From Planctomycetaceae bacterium (GTDB taxonomy: Bacteria; Planctomycetota; Planctomycetia; Pirellulales; Thermoguttaceae), in assembly GCA_004556055.1 (NCBI GenBank), contig SFIW01000001.1:58996-122995 (forward strand): a DNA stretch of 64,000 nt, in the 5' to 3' direction. This document shows positions 29,112 through 39,016 of this stretch, piece by piece. The notes beneath the pieces were generated by a model. That model was not told the origin of the DNA. It saw only the letters and a list, made by a program, of their open reading frames with translations, and searched no databases. Positions within the stretch are counted from its first letter, which is position 1. Each line of letters opens with the position of its first letter. Made by a program: the position numbers and the translations under genes.

Positions 29112-29666
29112 ATGCGAGATGTCCATTGTTACTTTTGGAGCGCCACTTTGAATCATTACGACCTTTTATCTTTTGACTCCTCCTATGTGCAAGAGGATGA
29201 CGAGTTGATCTGCCGCTGGGCTGACGAGCGCGATTACGAAGACGTCCTCAATATTGAAGCTGAAGCTTTTGAATTTCCATGGTCTCGTCGGGAATTTGAA
29301 TTTCTTCTTAATTTGGATCGTTGCGGGGCTATTGTGGCGCTACGAGGAGGTCGCGTGGTTGGATATCTTGTGTATGAATTGCGAAAGACGTCAATTCGTC
29401 TATTGAATTGCGCCGTGGCTAAATCGGAACGTCGATCTGGCGTCGGCGCCTTTCTTTTGGAAGAGCTCGCCGATCGTTTTGGAACTCTTCACGACGAAAT
29501 CATCTGTCTAGTGCGCGAGAGAAACGTCGCGGCGCAACTCTTTCTACGTCGCGTCGGGTTTCGCGCTCAGTGGATCAAACGCGGGTATTACGCCGAAGCG
29601 GAAGAGGACGCTTATCGCATGTCATGGCGTTTTAAAGAGAATTTGGAAATGCGCAAAGCGTCATGA
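29112..29666 (+). CDS. GNAT acetyltransferase, RimI-like
   Basis: AFEFPWSRREFEFLL and the acetyl-CoA motif RRSGVGAFLLEEL. Confidence 0.7.
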   Translation: MRDVHCYFWSATLNHYDLLSFDSSYVQEDDELICRWADERDYEDVLNIEAEAFEFPWSRREFEFLLNLDRCGAIVALRGGRVVGYLVYELRKTSIRLLNCAVAKSERRSGVGAFLLEELADRFGTLHDEIICLVRERNVAAQLFLRRVGFRAQWIKRGYYAEAEEDAYRMSWRFKENLEMRKAS

Positions 29667-29692
29667 AACGCGCGTAGTCTTTAAGTAATGAA

Positions 29693-29721
29693 AAGGGCGC
29701 CTTCCTTAGGCGCCTTTTTTA
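29693..29721 (+). terminator. intrinsic terminator after the GNAT gene
   Basis: GGCGCC (29696-29701) / GGCGCC (29709-29714) followed by TTTTTT. Confidence 0.6.
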
Positions 29722-29781
29722 TTGCTTTCGCATATCAGTTAGACTCAGATTAGAGTTGATAGCGCGAGAAACTCGCTTGGG

Positions 29782-29809
29782 AAAAAAATCGACGCTTGGG
29801 AGCGTCGAT
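29782..29809 (-). terminator. intrinsic terminator after the TPR gene
   Basis: ATCGACGC (29788-29795) / GCGTCGAT (29802-29809). The minus strand follows it with TTTTTTT. Confidence 0.6.
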
Positions 29810-29848
29810 TTTCAATCTTGACCTTTCTCTTGGCAGGTTTCTTTACGA

Positions 29849-31330
29849 TCAGAAGAAGGAGCCGGCTTGGAGGCGAGGCGGCCCGGAACGAAATTCTGCT
29901 CGCTGTTTTAGCGCAGGCGTTGCTATAACGCTTTCCTGTCGAACGTTTACGTCCGTTTGGGAAAGGGGAAGGGGGGACGCTTGGCTCTGAGAAGGCGTCG
30001 TTGCGTGCGCTTGCTCGACGCTTGACGATTGGGGGATTGAAGCTTGTGACAGCTGTTGGTTTCTCGCAAACGCTGGCGCTTCAAATTGAGCCGATGTAAC
30101 CCTAGAACCTTTCCAATCGTTTTTTGACGCGCTTGTCGTCGCGCTTTCATAACCGACTGCGGAGATTTGCGAATCTTGGTTCTGGTTCGCCGCTACGGCG
30201 CTTCGACGATTTTTTTCTGCGGCGGGGGGCGTAATCCAGTGTAATTCGTCTTTTTCGACGTCTTGCTTCTTTGCCGAAGTCAACCCGTTGCTAAACGAGG
30301 CGGCGGATCCAAAACCAAGCTCAGAGTTTAAATCCGTCGATGTTGGAGCGTCAGGAAGCGACGAAGGTTCATTCTCGTTCTCCGTTGCGTCGCTTGGAAG
30401 GTAGAGCGTTCCGTCATCTTGATCGGACGGGTTGATCATAGACTGCGCCGCCGTGGTTTGAACAGGCGTCGTTTGCAGAACGTTGGAGTTTTGCGACAAC
30501 TTCGATTCGTTCGTTTGCGCAGGGTCGCGCGCCGCCTGCAAGCGTTCGTTTGATTCCGACGCGGATGGAGTTTCTTTCTGCGCTTGCGCCGCAATTTGAG
30601 CTTCTACGGAACTCGCTCGTCGCGCGACAAGGGCGTCCGTCGGATTTAATTTACGCGCTGTTTCTATTTGTTCTCTCGCGTCCGCGAGATCCCCCGCGCG
30701 TTCGGAGAGCGTTCCGAGTTTGTAAAACGCTCGATAATCGTTAGGCGCAGCGCTTGCGACCTGCTTGAGAACGTCGTAGGCTTCAGCGTCTTTTTGTTGC
30801 GCTTCCAATAGATAGGCGATTTCAAGTTGAGGTTCTATCGACGTAGGGTTTCTATCTCGCCACGCCTCTAGAGTTCTCAGGGCGCCTTCCGAATCGCCGC
30901 GCGCCTCTGCAGACGTTGCGAGGCCGCGATAACAACAAACGATCGTTTCCGGTTTAGGATTATGTTCAAGAGCCGTCCAGTATGAATCTTCCGCTTGGGC
31001 GAGGTAGGTCGTATCCCCCGTCGCCGCGGCTTTTCGCTGGTATGCCGAGGCAAGATTGTAATAGGTCTCGGCGGATTCCGGATTTTCATTGAGAGATTCT
31101 TGAAAGTACGCTATTGCGTCGTCGTAACGTCCCGCCGTGAAGGACTGGACGCCTTGAGCGTTTCGCGCGGAGGCGGAAGTCCCGCTCGAAGCGCAACCTG
31201 CGCCCGAGACGACGGCGGCGGAAGCAAGCGCAATAAGCGCCGCGCCGACTTTCCATGACGGAGAAGAGGTTGCTCTATCTGTTCGGGCCTTGCCCTTAGC
31301 GCTCGAAAGGAACGCAATTTGGAAAGACAT
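29849..31330 (-). CDS. TPR-repeat lipoprotein with a long disordered C-terminal tail
   Basis: Lipobox SGAGC. Several TPR units (AIAYFQESL..., AETYYNLASAY...). Low-complexity S/T/Q/A-rich tail. Confidence 0.7.
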   Translation of the reverse strand: MSFQIAFLSSAKGKARTDRATSSPSWKVGAALIALASAAVVSGAGCASSGTSASARNAQGVQSFTAGRYDDAIAYFQESLNENPESAETYYNLASAYQRKAAATGDTTYLAQAEDSYWTALEHNPKPETIVCCYRGLATSAEARGDSEGALRTLEAWRDRNPTSIEPQLEIAYLLEAQQKDAEAYDVLKQVASAAPNDYRAFYKLGTLSERAGDLADAREQIETARKLNPTDALVARRASSVEAQIAAQAQKETPSASESNERLQAARDPAQTNESKLSQNSNVLQTTPVQTTAAQSMINPSDQDDGTLYLPSDATENENEPSSLPDAPTSTDLNSELGFGSAASFSNGLTSAKKQDVEKDELHWITPPAAEKNRRSAVAANQNQDSQISAVGYESATTSASKNDWKGSRVTSAQFEAPAFARNQQLSQASIPQSSSVEQAHATTPSQSQASPLPLSQTDVNVRQESVIATPALKQRAEFRSGPPRLQAGSFF

Positions 31331-31651
31331 CGTTAAATCCTTTTAACTGTTACGACAAATGGAACCTTTATAATTGCGTAATTACGCGAGTTACCCCCTT
31401 TAAGCGTCAATTCCTTTTGACGCCTCCGGCGGAAGGAGCGTTGAATCGGTTTCGTTGAACCGACGTCGCTAACACTGCGTATCCGGCTCCCGCATGTTAT
31501 ATTATTCTGATTATTTTTGCAAGCGTGTTTCTATGTCAAACGTCTTTAAATCGCAAGGGACTCCTACTCTTCCTAGTTCTCTGTATAATCGACGAAGTTG
31601 ATCACACCAGAACCGTTAAGCGCCTTTTAGCAAATGAGAGTGACGGACGTT

Positions 31652-33454
31652 ATGTTTAATAAAATATTTCGCAATTTCCTCGTGACGACTTTTTTTATTC
31701 TTGGCGCGTGTGGGGAACGGACCCCCTTGGAAATGGGAAACGTCTGCGCTTCCAACATTAAGCTGAAAGAGAACGCAATTTCTTCAGAAGGGAACGACGG
31801 TGCGAACCAGACAAACTTTTTACCTTCGTCTACGGAAAGGAACGACGGCTCTTTACCCCCTTCCGAGTATGAGCCCGCGATATTAAACGAACGCTCCAGG
31901 ATCGCTGAAAATTGGCTTGACGAGTCTGTCGGCCCCGAAATCAAAAAATTGGCTCTCCAAATAGCGAAGGAAAGACGATCAAACTGGCCTAAATTTTCTT
32001 CCGTCGACGAATCTAAAATGAAGAGTCTGGGAATCAGAAAGATAGAATCGGGACGCGTTTCGCTATATACCGATATGCCAAAATCGGTCGACGTCGACGA
32101 AATCCCCAAGGCTCTTGACTCTATTATCCCGCTTTTATGCGATTTTTTCCACGTCGACGTTTCCGCATACGAGAATTGGCGCGTTCAGGCCTTTCTCATG
32201 AACGATTCAAACGCGTTCATTCGGCTTGGCGTTTTAGACGGTCCGCCGCGTTTTCTGCATGGATATTCTGACCGAGATAGAATTTTTGCCAAAGATCACG
32301 GGGAGGCATACTACAACCGGTTTCTGCTTGCGCATGAGTTGGTTCATACGTTCATGCATGATTTATTTGGAGATTTGAGGCCGCGTTGGTTTTCGGAGGG
32401 AGCGGCTGAATATTTGGCGTTGCATAAGTATGAGTCGAATGGCAAATTACGAATTGCGCTTATTCCTGACGCAGAGGAGGACACTCCGGGATTTGCGCGT
32501 TTACGAATCGTAAAAGAAGCGATAAAAAATAATGAAGCGCCGACGCTTTTGGATATTTTGAGATTTGAGCCGCGCGATTTTGTAAACGATACGACGTACG
32601 CATGGAGTTGGGCGCTCGTCATGTTTCTCTATAACTCGCCAAAATATTCGGAAATAGCGGAGCTACTTCCATATTGGATGATAACGGCAGATCCTAATCG
32701 TCTGTTTGTCGACTCTATTGGAGAAGGCTGGGAAGAATTTGAGAATGATTGGGCCGCTTTTTTGTATGACCTAGATTACGGTTACGATTTTAAAAGTTCT
32801 TCAATCGTAGCGTCCGGTGAAATTCGGAGCGCCGATTCATTAGATTTTGTAAAGGGCGTTGTGGTCGAAGTCGATCCAGCGAAGGGATGGCAGTCGACGG
32901 GCGTCGAGCTAGAAAAGGGGAAGAAATATAGGCTGACGGTCGGCGGACGTTTTGACTTTTATCTGCCGATAGCCGATCGGGTGATGAAATTCGAAGGGAC
33001 AGGCGCGTCAGTTCAGTATTATAACGGGAGTCCCGTAGGGCGAGTTCAGGCGGTAGTCGCGCCGAGGCTTGAGGGAAAGACTTTTGAGGAAACGTATGGT
33101 TTTGCGCCGGTAGGAGAAGAGTCAACCGCGAAGGTTCCTTTTTTTATGTTGGACCGAAGGAGGAGAACTCGTTTAGATGCGGAAGAATTTGAAAATGGCC
33201 CGAAGCGACAGGCGTTAGCAGAGAATCGCACGAATGTGAATCAACAGCGCAACCAAGGCGGAGCAAAAAACGTCGCGAGATTTCCCGATTATGACGCATG
33301 TTATCCTTGGAATCGTCATGAAGAATTCTTTTTGAAGAGCTTGACGTTGACGGCTGAAGTGGACGGGACGCTTTATCTGAGGGTTAATTGCGCTTGTCGA
33401 TATCGGAAGCGCAACGGGGGCTCTGTGAAGGTTCAGATTAAGAGCGTTGAATGA
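31652..33454 (+). CDS. HExxH lipoprotein, DUF1570 / peptidase-MA-like
   Basis: Lipobox ILGAC. HELVHTFMH followed by WFSEGAAEY. C-terminal beta-sandwich-like region. Confidence 0.6.
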   Translation: MFNKIFRNFLVTTFFILGACGERTPLEMGNVCASNIKLKENAISSEGNDGANQTNFLPSSTERNDGSLPPSEYEPAILNERSRIAENWLDESVGPEIKKLALQIAKERRSNWPKFSSVDESKMKSLGIRKIESGRVSLYTDMPKSVDVDEIPKALDSIIPLLCDFFHVDVSAYENWRVQAFLMNDSNAFIRLGVLDGPPRFLHGYSDRDRIFAKDHGEAYYNRFLLAHELVHTFMHDLFGDLRPRWFSEGAAEYLALHKYESNGKLRIALIPDAEEDTPGFARLRIVKEAIKNNEAPTLLDILRFEPRDFVNDTTYAWSWALVMFLYNSPKYSEIAELLPYWMITADPNRLFVDSIGEGWEEFENDWAAFLYDLDYGYDFKSSSIVASGEIRSADSLDFVKGVVVEVDPAKGWQSTGVELEKGKKYRLTVGGRFDFYLPIADRVMKFEGTGASVQYYNGSPVGRVQAVVAPRLEGKTFEETYGFAPVGEESTAKVPFFMLDRRRRTRLDAEEFENGPKRQALAENRTNVNQQRNQGGAKNVARFPDYDACYPWNRHEEFFLKSLTLTAEVDGTLYLRVNCACRYRKRNGGSVKVQIKSVE

Positions 33455-33603
33455 ATCCTGGGGATTATGATTTTTGTAAATGCACCCCTTGAAAGCAAGT
33501 GAAAACAAAGTAATATTAATAATTCAATGGATCAATATCCATGTCAAGGCGCTTGACGCCCAGGCATTGGATTCATGTATGTAAAAACAAAGTGAGGATG
33601 AAA

Positions 33604-34359
33604 ATGCGTCGTCTCTTGATTGCCGGCAATTGGAAGATGAATTTGAAGCTCGACTCAGCGAAAGCGCTCGCTCAGGGTCTCAAGGAAGCCGCCGCTGGCG
33701 TTAGCGAAGTTGATATCGCTGTTTGCCCCTCTCCCCTTTATGTTCAGCCTGTCGCTGAAATCCTCAAGGGTTCGAACATTGGCGTTGGCGCTCAGAACGC
33801 CTATTTTGAAAAGGCTGGCGCCTTTACCGGCGAAATTGAAATGGCGATGCTTACCGACGTCGGTTGCCAATACGTTATTCTCGGCCATAGCGAACGCCGT
33901 CACATCATCGGCGAATCCAGCGAATTGATCAATCTTAAAGTTCGCGCCGCTCTCGCCGCCGGTCTCATCCCGATCGTCTGCATTGGCGAACTTCTTAAAG
34001 AACGTGAGGCGGGCGTAACGAACGAAGTCAATCGTCGTCAGCTCGACGGTTCCTTCTCCGGCGTTTCCGCTGAAGATATGAAGAAATGCGTTATCGCCTA
34101 CGAACCTGTTTGGGCGATCGGCACTGGCAAAGTCGCGACTCCTGATCAGGCGCAAGAAGTTCACGCCGACGTCCGCGCGTGGATTACTGAACGTTACGGC
34201 AAGGAAGTTGCCGACGTCGTTCGAATCCAATATGGCGGAAGCGTCAAGGGCTCTAACGCTAAGGAAATTCTTAGCAAGCCCGACGTCGACGGCGCTCTCG
34301 TCGGCGGCGCGTCTCTGAAAGTCGACGCCTTCATGGAAATTATCAACAACGTTCGTTGA
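33604..34359 (+). CDS. tpiA: triosephosphate isomerase
   Basis: AGNWKMN, GHSERR, AYEPVWAIGTG, YGGSV. The ATG at 33598 or 33604 follows GAGG. Confidence 0.93.
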   Translation: MRRLLIAGNWKMNLKLDSAKALAQGLKEAAAGVSEVDIAVCPSPLYVQPVAEILKGSNIGVGAQNAYFEKAGAFTGEIEMAMLTDVGCQYVILGHSERRHIIGESSELINLKVRAALAAGLIPIVCIGELLKEREAGVTNEVNRRQLDGSFSGVSAEDMKKCVIAYEPVWAIGTGKVATPDQAQEVHADVRAWITERYGKEVADVVRIQYGGSVKGSNAKEILSKPDVDGALVGGASLKVDAFMEIINNVR

Positions 34360-34495
34360 GAACGGCATAGCTTTTGACGCGCGGCGTCTTTACGGGCGTC
34401 GCCCGTTTAATTATTTACCTGTTTCATTTTATCCGCAAACTGAGCTGCGGGTCATCAGCTCTCGGAGTAATTTCCGAGGTACGGAGTTTTGAAAT

Positions 34496-34960
34496 ATGTT
34501 AAGCGCCATCCTCCAGTCGCTCCTTTTCATCTTCATGGTCATCCTCTCCCTCTTCTTGATCCTCATTATTCTACTTCAAAGAGGCAAGGGGGGTGGACTC
34601 GTGGGCGCCTTTGGCGGCATGGGTGGCAGCAGCATGTTTGGAACTAAAACCAGCGACGTTTTTCTCAAGATTACTATTTGGACAACTGTCGTTTGGTTTG
34701 TGGCGTGCTTCGGCGGTCGCTACATCTTGAGCATGAAAAGCGGAAATTCTCTCGCTGATCGCGCGTCTGAAAACGCTTTGACCGTGCCCGCTCCGACGAC
34801 GGGCGCCGAAGTCCCGGCTCTTCCGAGTTCTGAATCTGTCACGACCGGCGATGAAGCGCCTGCTTCTGAAGACGATGGAAAAGCCGTTCCTGATACCGAA
34901 GCTAAGGACTCCGGAGCAGAGCAACCCGCCCCTGAACCCGAAGCGAAGAATGCGGAATAG
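34496..34960 (+). CDS. secG: preprotein translocase subunit SecG with an acidic/Pro-rich C-terminal extension
   Basis: The N-terminal 75 aa are typical SecG (LILIILLQRGKGGGL, second TM). About 80 aa of extra low-complexity tail. Confidence 0.8.
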   Translation: MLSAILQSLLFIFMVILSLFLILIILLQRGKGGGLVGAFGGMGGSSMFGTKTSDVFLKITIWTTVVWFVACFGGRYILSMKSGNSLADRASENALTVPAPTTGAEVPALPSSESVTTGDEAPASEDDGKAVPDTEAKDSGAEQPAPEPEAKNAE

Positions 34961-35004
34961 TCGCTTAGCGCGCTTACGACTCGAATTCATCATAAGACAA
35001 CGCT

Positions 35005-35907
35005 ATGTTAGTAAGTATGACAGGTTTTGGGTCATGTACGACCCAAGGTGACGATTACATAATCTCCACTGAAATTAAAGCCGTCAATAATCGTTTTCTG
35101 AAGACGTCTATTAAGTTGCCGGAAGGTTTTAGCGCGCTTGAGACGAAGATTGACGAATTGCTGCACGAAAAGATTGCGAGAGGCTCTGTTAATTTCAATC
35201 TTAAGGTGACTCGTCAATCAGACGCGCTAGATTTTGAAATCAATTTTCCGACTCTACGAAAATATATTTCCGAAGTTTTTCGATTCGAGCGAGGAAACCA
35301 GGACTTGCCTGCCTTAAAAGGCCACAGTTCCGTGACAGATTTCTTGCGTTTGCCAGGAGTCATTCAGGATAAGGCGCGGTGTGACGATTCGAATCTCCCC
35401 GAGCTGTTATGGAACAGAATAGCCGAGAATATTCGGACTTCGTTAAAAGAATTACAGGCAATGCGTGAAGTCGAAGGCGCGTCCACTCAGGAATATTTGG
35501 CGCAAAATATTTCTGGGTTGGGAACGATGATCGAAGAGATTAAGCGGATTGCTCCTACCGTAGTTGAAAATTATCGCGCTAAATTGACCGAACGCGTTTC
35601 TAAAGCGTTGCAAGAATCTTCGGTTGAGCTTGATCCATCTGTTTTGATAAGAGAAGTGGCGATCTATACCGACCGAGTCGATATTTCGGAAGAAATTGCG
35701 CGTTTCATTTCGCATTTGTCTCAGTTCAGCAATGCGATGGAATGCGAAAAGGTCTGCGGTAAGAAACTCGATTTTCTCACTCAAGAGATGTTCCGTGAGA
35801 CGAATACGATTGGATCGAAAGCTAATTCCCAAGACGTTCTTCGTTTGGTTGTCGAAATGAAGTCCGTTATTGAGCGTATCCGTGAAATGGTGCAAAACGT
35901 AGAATAG
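35005..35907 (+). CDS. yicC: YicC-family stress-induced protein
   Basis: MTGFG start and C-terminal GKKLDFLTQEMFRETNTIGSKAN. Confidence 0.85.
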   Translation: MLVSMTGFGSCTTQGDDYIISTEIKAVNNRFLKTSIKLPEGFSALETKIDELLHEKIARGSVNFNLKVTRQSDALDFEINFPTLRKYISEVFRFERGNQDLPALKGHSSVTDFLRLPGVIQDKARCDDSNLPELLWNRIAENIRTSLKELQAMREVEGASTQEYLAQNISGLGTMIEEIKRIAPTVVENYRAKLTERVSKALQESSVELDPSVLIREVAIYTDRVDISEEIARFISHLSQFSNAMECEKVCGKKLDFLTQEMFRETNTIGSKANSQDVLRLVVEMKSVIERIREMVQNVE

Positions 35908-36521
35908 TGTGGTTTAGCGTGGCGCATGAGGATTCATCTAAAAATGTCAGCCCTCAGAAGAGAGGGAAAGTTGTAATTATTTCCGGACCTTCTGGCGTGG
36001 GGAAAGGTACGCTCGTCAAAAGACTGATTAGCGAATCCTCCTTTCCTCTCGTTTTAAGCGTTTCAGCGACAACTCGGCCACCTAGGCCTGGAGAAGTGAA
36101 CGGTCGCGATTATTGGTTTATTTCAAGGGACGAGTTCCTCGAAAAACGCGCTAACGGTGAATTTCTGGAGTCTTTTGAAGTATATGAAGGAGGAGCCCTT
36201 TACGGAACCTTGCGTGAGACAGTGGAGACTCAAATTCGGCAGGGAAAGTGGGTCTTGCTCGAAATTGACGTTAAGGGCGCGCTCTGCGTGATGAAGGAGT
36301 TGCCCGAATCGCTGTCAGTTTTCATTCTGCCGCCAAGCCTGGAAGCGTTAAAGGAAAGACTTCTAAACCGTGGAACAGAGAAAGGCGAGGATCTCTCAAG
36401 AAGGCTCGAACAGGCTGAGAAAGAAATATCCTTCAATAAATTCTATAAAGAGCGCATAGTCAACGACAACCTTGACAAAGCTTTTGAAGAGTTGGTCAAA
36501 GTACTCGCTTCTTATAACTAA
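35907..36521 (+). CDS. gmk: guanylate kinase
   Basis: P-loop GPSGVGKGT and TTRPPRPGEVNGRDYWF. The GTG start abuts the yicC stop, so the exact start is uncertain. Confidence 0.9.
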   Translation: MWFSVAHEDSSKNVSPQKRGKVVIISGPSGVGKGTLVKRLISESSFPLVLSVSATTRPPRPGEVNGRDYWFISRDEFLEKRANGEFLESFEVYEGGALYGTLRETVETQIRQGKWVLLEIDVKGALCVMKELPESLSVFILPPSLEALKERLLNRGTEKGEDLSRRLEQAEKEISFNKFYKERIVNDNLDKAFEELVKVLASYN

Positions 36522-36566
36522 GATGTGAATTCTGATCCTATAAAGATCGGAGCAGAGGAGGTAAAG

Positions 36567-36878
36567 ATGATAGAAGAGCTTAAAGATGAAAATTTGATTA
36601 GAAAGGCCGGAGGGCGTTTCCGTCTTACTTCATTGATTCAGAAAAGACTCGCGCATCTGAACCGTGGCGCCGTCCCCTTCGCAGAGGATCCTACTGGCAA
36701 GGAGGACAAACTTCAGATCGTTGTTCGTGAGATTTTGGAAGACAAAATCTCCTTGGATTTGGATGGGAACTTAGAAATATCCTCGCGGGATAAGGCAGGA
36801 ACTGGAGACGTCGCCGCTTTCAGTAGCGCGATCTCTTCCGGCAGCGATTCGACTGGATGGTCTTCCAATTCAATCTGA
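36567..36878 (+). CDS. rpoZ: DNA-directed RNA polymerase subunit omega
   Basis: The ATG follows GAGGAGG. GGRFRLTSLIQKRLAHL and VVREILEDKI match the omega core. Conserved gmk-rpoZ context. Confidence 0.8.
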   Translation: MIEELKDENLIRKAGGRFRLTSLIQKRLAHLNRGAVPFAEDPTGKEDKLQIVVREILEDKISLDLDGNLEISSRDKAGTGDVAAFSSAISSGSDSTGWSSNSI

Positions 36879-36953
36879 GGACAAAGAGCGGCCTCGGCGA
36901 GTTCTAACCGCGCTCTACTCATATCGATAAAATTTTAGGGACGATTGACGGAA

Positions 36954-37496
36954 ATGGACAAGGACAAAAGCGTATTGCTTGGAGTCAGCGGAGGAATTGC
37001 AGCGTTCAAAGCTGCGACTCTTACCAGTCGTCTTGTCAAGGCAGGAGTCGAAGTTTCGGTCGTCATGACAGAGGCCGCGACTCGCTTAGTCGCCCCTAAA
37101 ACTTTTGAAGCCTTGAGCGGACTCCCTGTTCTTACGTCTATGTGGGATCCGAGGTTTATTCATCCTCATATTGAAATGTCGCGACGTGCGAAAGTTTTCT
37201 GCATAGCGCCGGCGACTGCCAACGTGATAGGCAAGGTTGCAAACGGAATAGCCGACGATCTTGTTACCTCCGTATACCTTGCCTTCTCTGGTAAAATCAT
37301 TATTGCCCCCGCGATGAATTCCGTGATGTGGTCTAAGCCTAGCGTCCAGCGGAATTGTAAACAACTCCAAGAGGACGGCGTAACCCTTGTAGGGCCTACG
37401 ACGGGAAGATTGAGCTGCGGTGAATCGGGGCCGGGAAGAATGGTTGAGCCGGAGGAGATTTTCGAAAAGATAATGTCAGAATTGGAGAAGGCGTAA
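36954..37496 (+). CDS. coaC: phosphopantothenoylcysteine decarboxylase flavoprotein (CoaC domain only)
   Basis: GVSGGIAAFK, PAMN, and CGESGPGRM align with the N-terminal half of bifunctional CoaBC. The ORF stops at 183 aa. Confidence 0.85.
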   Translation: MDKDKSVLLGVSGGIAAFKAATLTSRLVKAGVEVSVVMTEAATRLVAPKTFEALSGLPVLTSMWDPRFIHPHIEMSRRAKVFCIAPATANVIGKVANGIADDLVTSVYLAFSGKIIIAPAMNSVMWSKPSVQRNCKQLQEDGVTLVGPTTGRLSCGESGPGRMVEPEEIFEKIMSELEKA

Positions 37497-37543
37497 AGAT
37501 TTCTTCCAATATAGAAAATTTTCTAAAATTTTTCAAAACTATC

Positions 37544-37571
37544 TTGCGTCCTTATGAAGTGTCTATATAAT
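37544..37571 (+). promoter_or_regulatory. candidate S10-operon promoter
   Basis: TTGCGT (37544-37549), 16-nt spacer, TATAAT (37566-37571). Followed by a ~250-nt leader. Confidence 0.45.
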
Positions 37572-37827
37572 TTATTGGACGTTGCAAATTACCGACAACG
37601 AAGTGTCTGGATCGCGCCGCTAACTTCTCTTTAAAGTTATGCGCAGCACAAGGAATGCATCTAGGTACTTGGTTCAAGAGTTCCCCTTCTAGGGTTGACG
37701 TAAAGTCGGCGACTGCGATGTTGTATCGTTTTATACTGCTGCTTAGAGCTAATAATCTGACGAAAAGTTTTTAGGAATTAAAAGGCGTCAGATAAGATAT
37801 TTGTCAACTGAGGTAACGGAGAGTAAA

Positions 37828-38157
37828 GTGTCAACTCCAGAAAATGTTATTCGTATTAGAATGGAAGCGTATGATCACGTTGCGTTAGATCAAAGCGCTA
37901 TGGAAATCGTTGAAACTGCGAAGCGTACAGGTTCTATGGTTCATGGTCCGATTCCGGTTCCAACCCGAATTGAAAGGTACACTGTTCTGTCTAGCCCTCA
38001 TGTCCATAAGAAAGCTCGTCAGCAGTTCGAAATCAGAACTCATAAGCGCATTATTGACCTTGTTCAAGCGACAGCTAAAACTATTGAAGCTCTTAACAAG
38101 CTTAGTCTGCCTGCTGGCGTTGATATTCGTATCAAAGCCTCGAATGGAACTCGTTGA
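37828..38157 (+). CDS. rpsJ: 30S ribosomal protein S10
   Basis: [10 protein letters not shown]...ETAKRTG...GPIPVPT. The GTG at 37828 follows GGAG (the track start TTG 37801 is less likely). Confidence 0.93.
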   Translation: MSTPENVIRIRMEAYDHVALDQSAMEIVETAKRTGSMVHGPIPVPTRIERYTVLSSPHVHKKARQQFEIRTHKRIIDLVQATAKTIEALNKLSLPAGVDIRIKASNGTR

Positions 38158-38249
38158 CAAGGTGATTTAAATACCGTATCGGCCTTCACGAAAATATATC
38201 GGGCCGCAATGCGGGGAAAACTGTCTGAAAAGACGAAGGAAAAATAGAC

Positions 38250-38957
38250 ATGAGTATCGGTTTACTTGGTCAGAAACTCGGTATGAGTCAGCTCTACACA
38301 GAACAGGGAGAAGTGATTCCTGTTACCGTAATTAAAGCGGGACCGTGCGACGTTTTGCAGGTTAAAACCGTTGAACGTGACGGATACGAAGCTGTTCAGC
38401 TTGGTTTTAAAGATAAGCGCGTTTCGCTCGCAGGGAAGTGCGAAAGAGGACATGTTGCGAAGATTGACAGCAAGCGTCAGGCGAAGGGTCTTGCTCTCGC
38501 TCCTAAAGCGGGTTGCAATCCTAAGTCCTTCATTCGTGAGTTCCGCGTTTCTGTTGAAGGCGTTGAGGTTGGTCAACAGTTTAACGTCGAAGTTTTCAAC
38601 GACGTTATTGCCGTTGACGTCACCGCCAATAGCAAAGGACGCGGTTACGCTGGCGCGATGAAACGCCACAACTTCAGCGGTCAAAGAATGACGCACGGCG
38701 TTAAGAAGTGCCATCGTCACCTTGGCGGTACGGGTTGTAGCTCCTATCCGAGCCGCGTTCTTAAGGGTAAGCGAATGCCTGGCCATTATGGAAACGCGCG
38801 TTGCACGGTTCGTAATCAGAAGGTCGTTGTTGTCGATAAAGAAAACAACTTGCTAGTGATCCGCGGCGCCGTTCCTGGTCCGACGGGCGCGTACGTCTCG
38901 ATTCGTCCAACGAATAAATTGCCGGCTCCGAAGCACAATAAGTGGCGACTTGCCTAA
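38250..38957 (+). CDS. rplC: 50S ribosomal protein L3
   Basis: MSIGLLGQKLGMSQ...; operon position. Confidence 0.95.
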   Translation: MSIGLLGQKLGMSQLYTEQGEVIPVTVIKAGPCDVLQVKTVERDGYEAVQLGFKDKRVSLAGKCERGHVAKIDSKRQAKGLALAPKAGCNPKSFIREFRVSVEGVEVGQQFNVEVFNDVIAVDVTANSKGRGYAGAMKRHNFSGQRMTHGVKKCHRHLGGTGCSSYPSRVLKGKRMPGHYGNARCTVRNQKVVVVDKENNLLVIRGAVPGPTGAYVSIRPTNKLPAPKHNKWRLA

Positions 38958-39016
38958 TTATTACGCATATGCGCGGCGCTTAACCACATTGAAATAATAA
39001 GGCTTATGGATAAAAG

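Noticed and set aside
33655-34368. 237-aa minus-strand ORF antisense to tpiA. Similar cases are 16531-17379 opposite hemL and 25647-26429 opposite secDF.
   Set aside because: These are shadow ORFs of well-supported genes, with no start context and no motifs.
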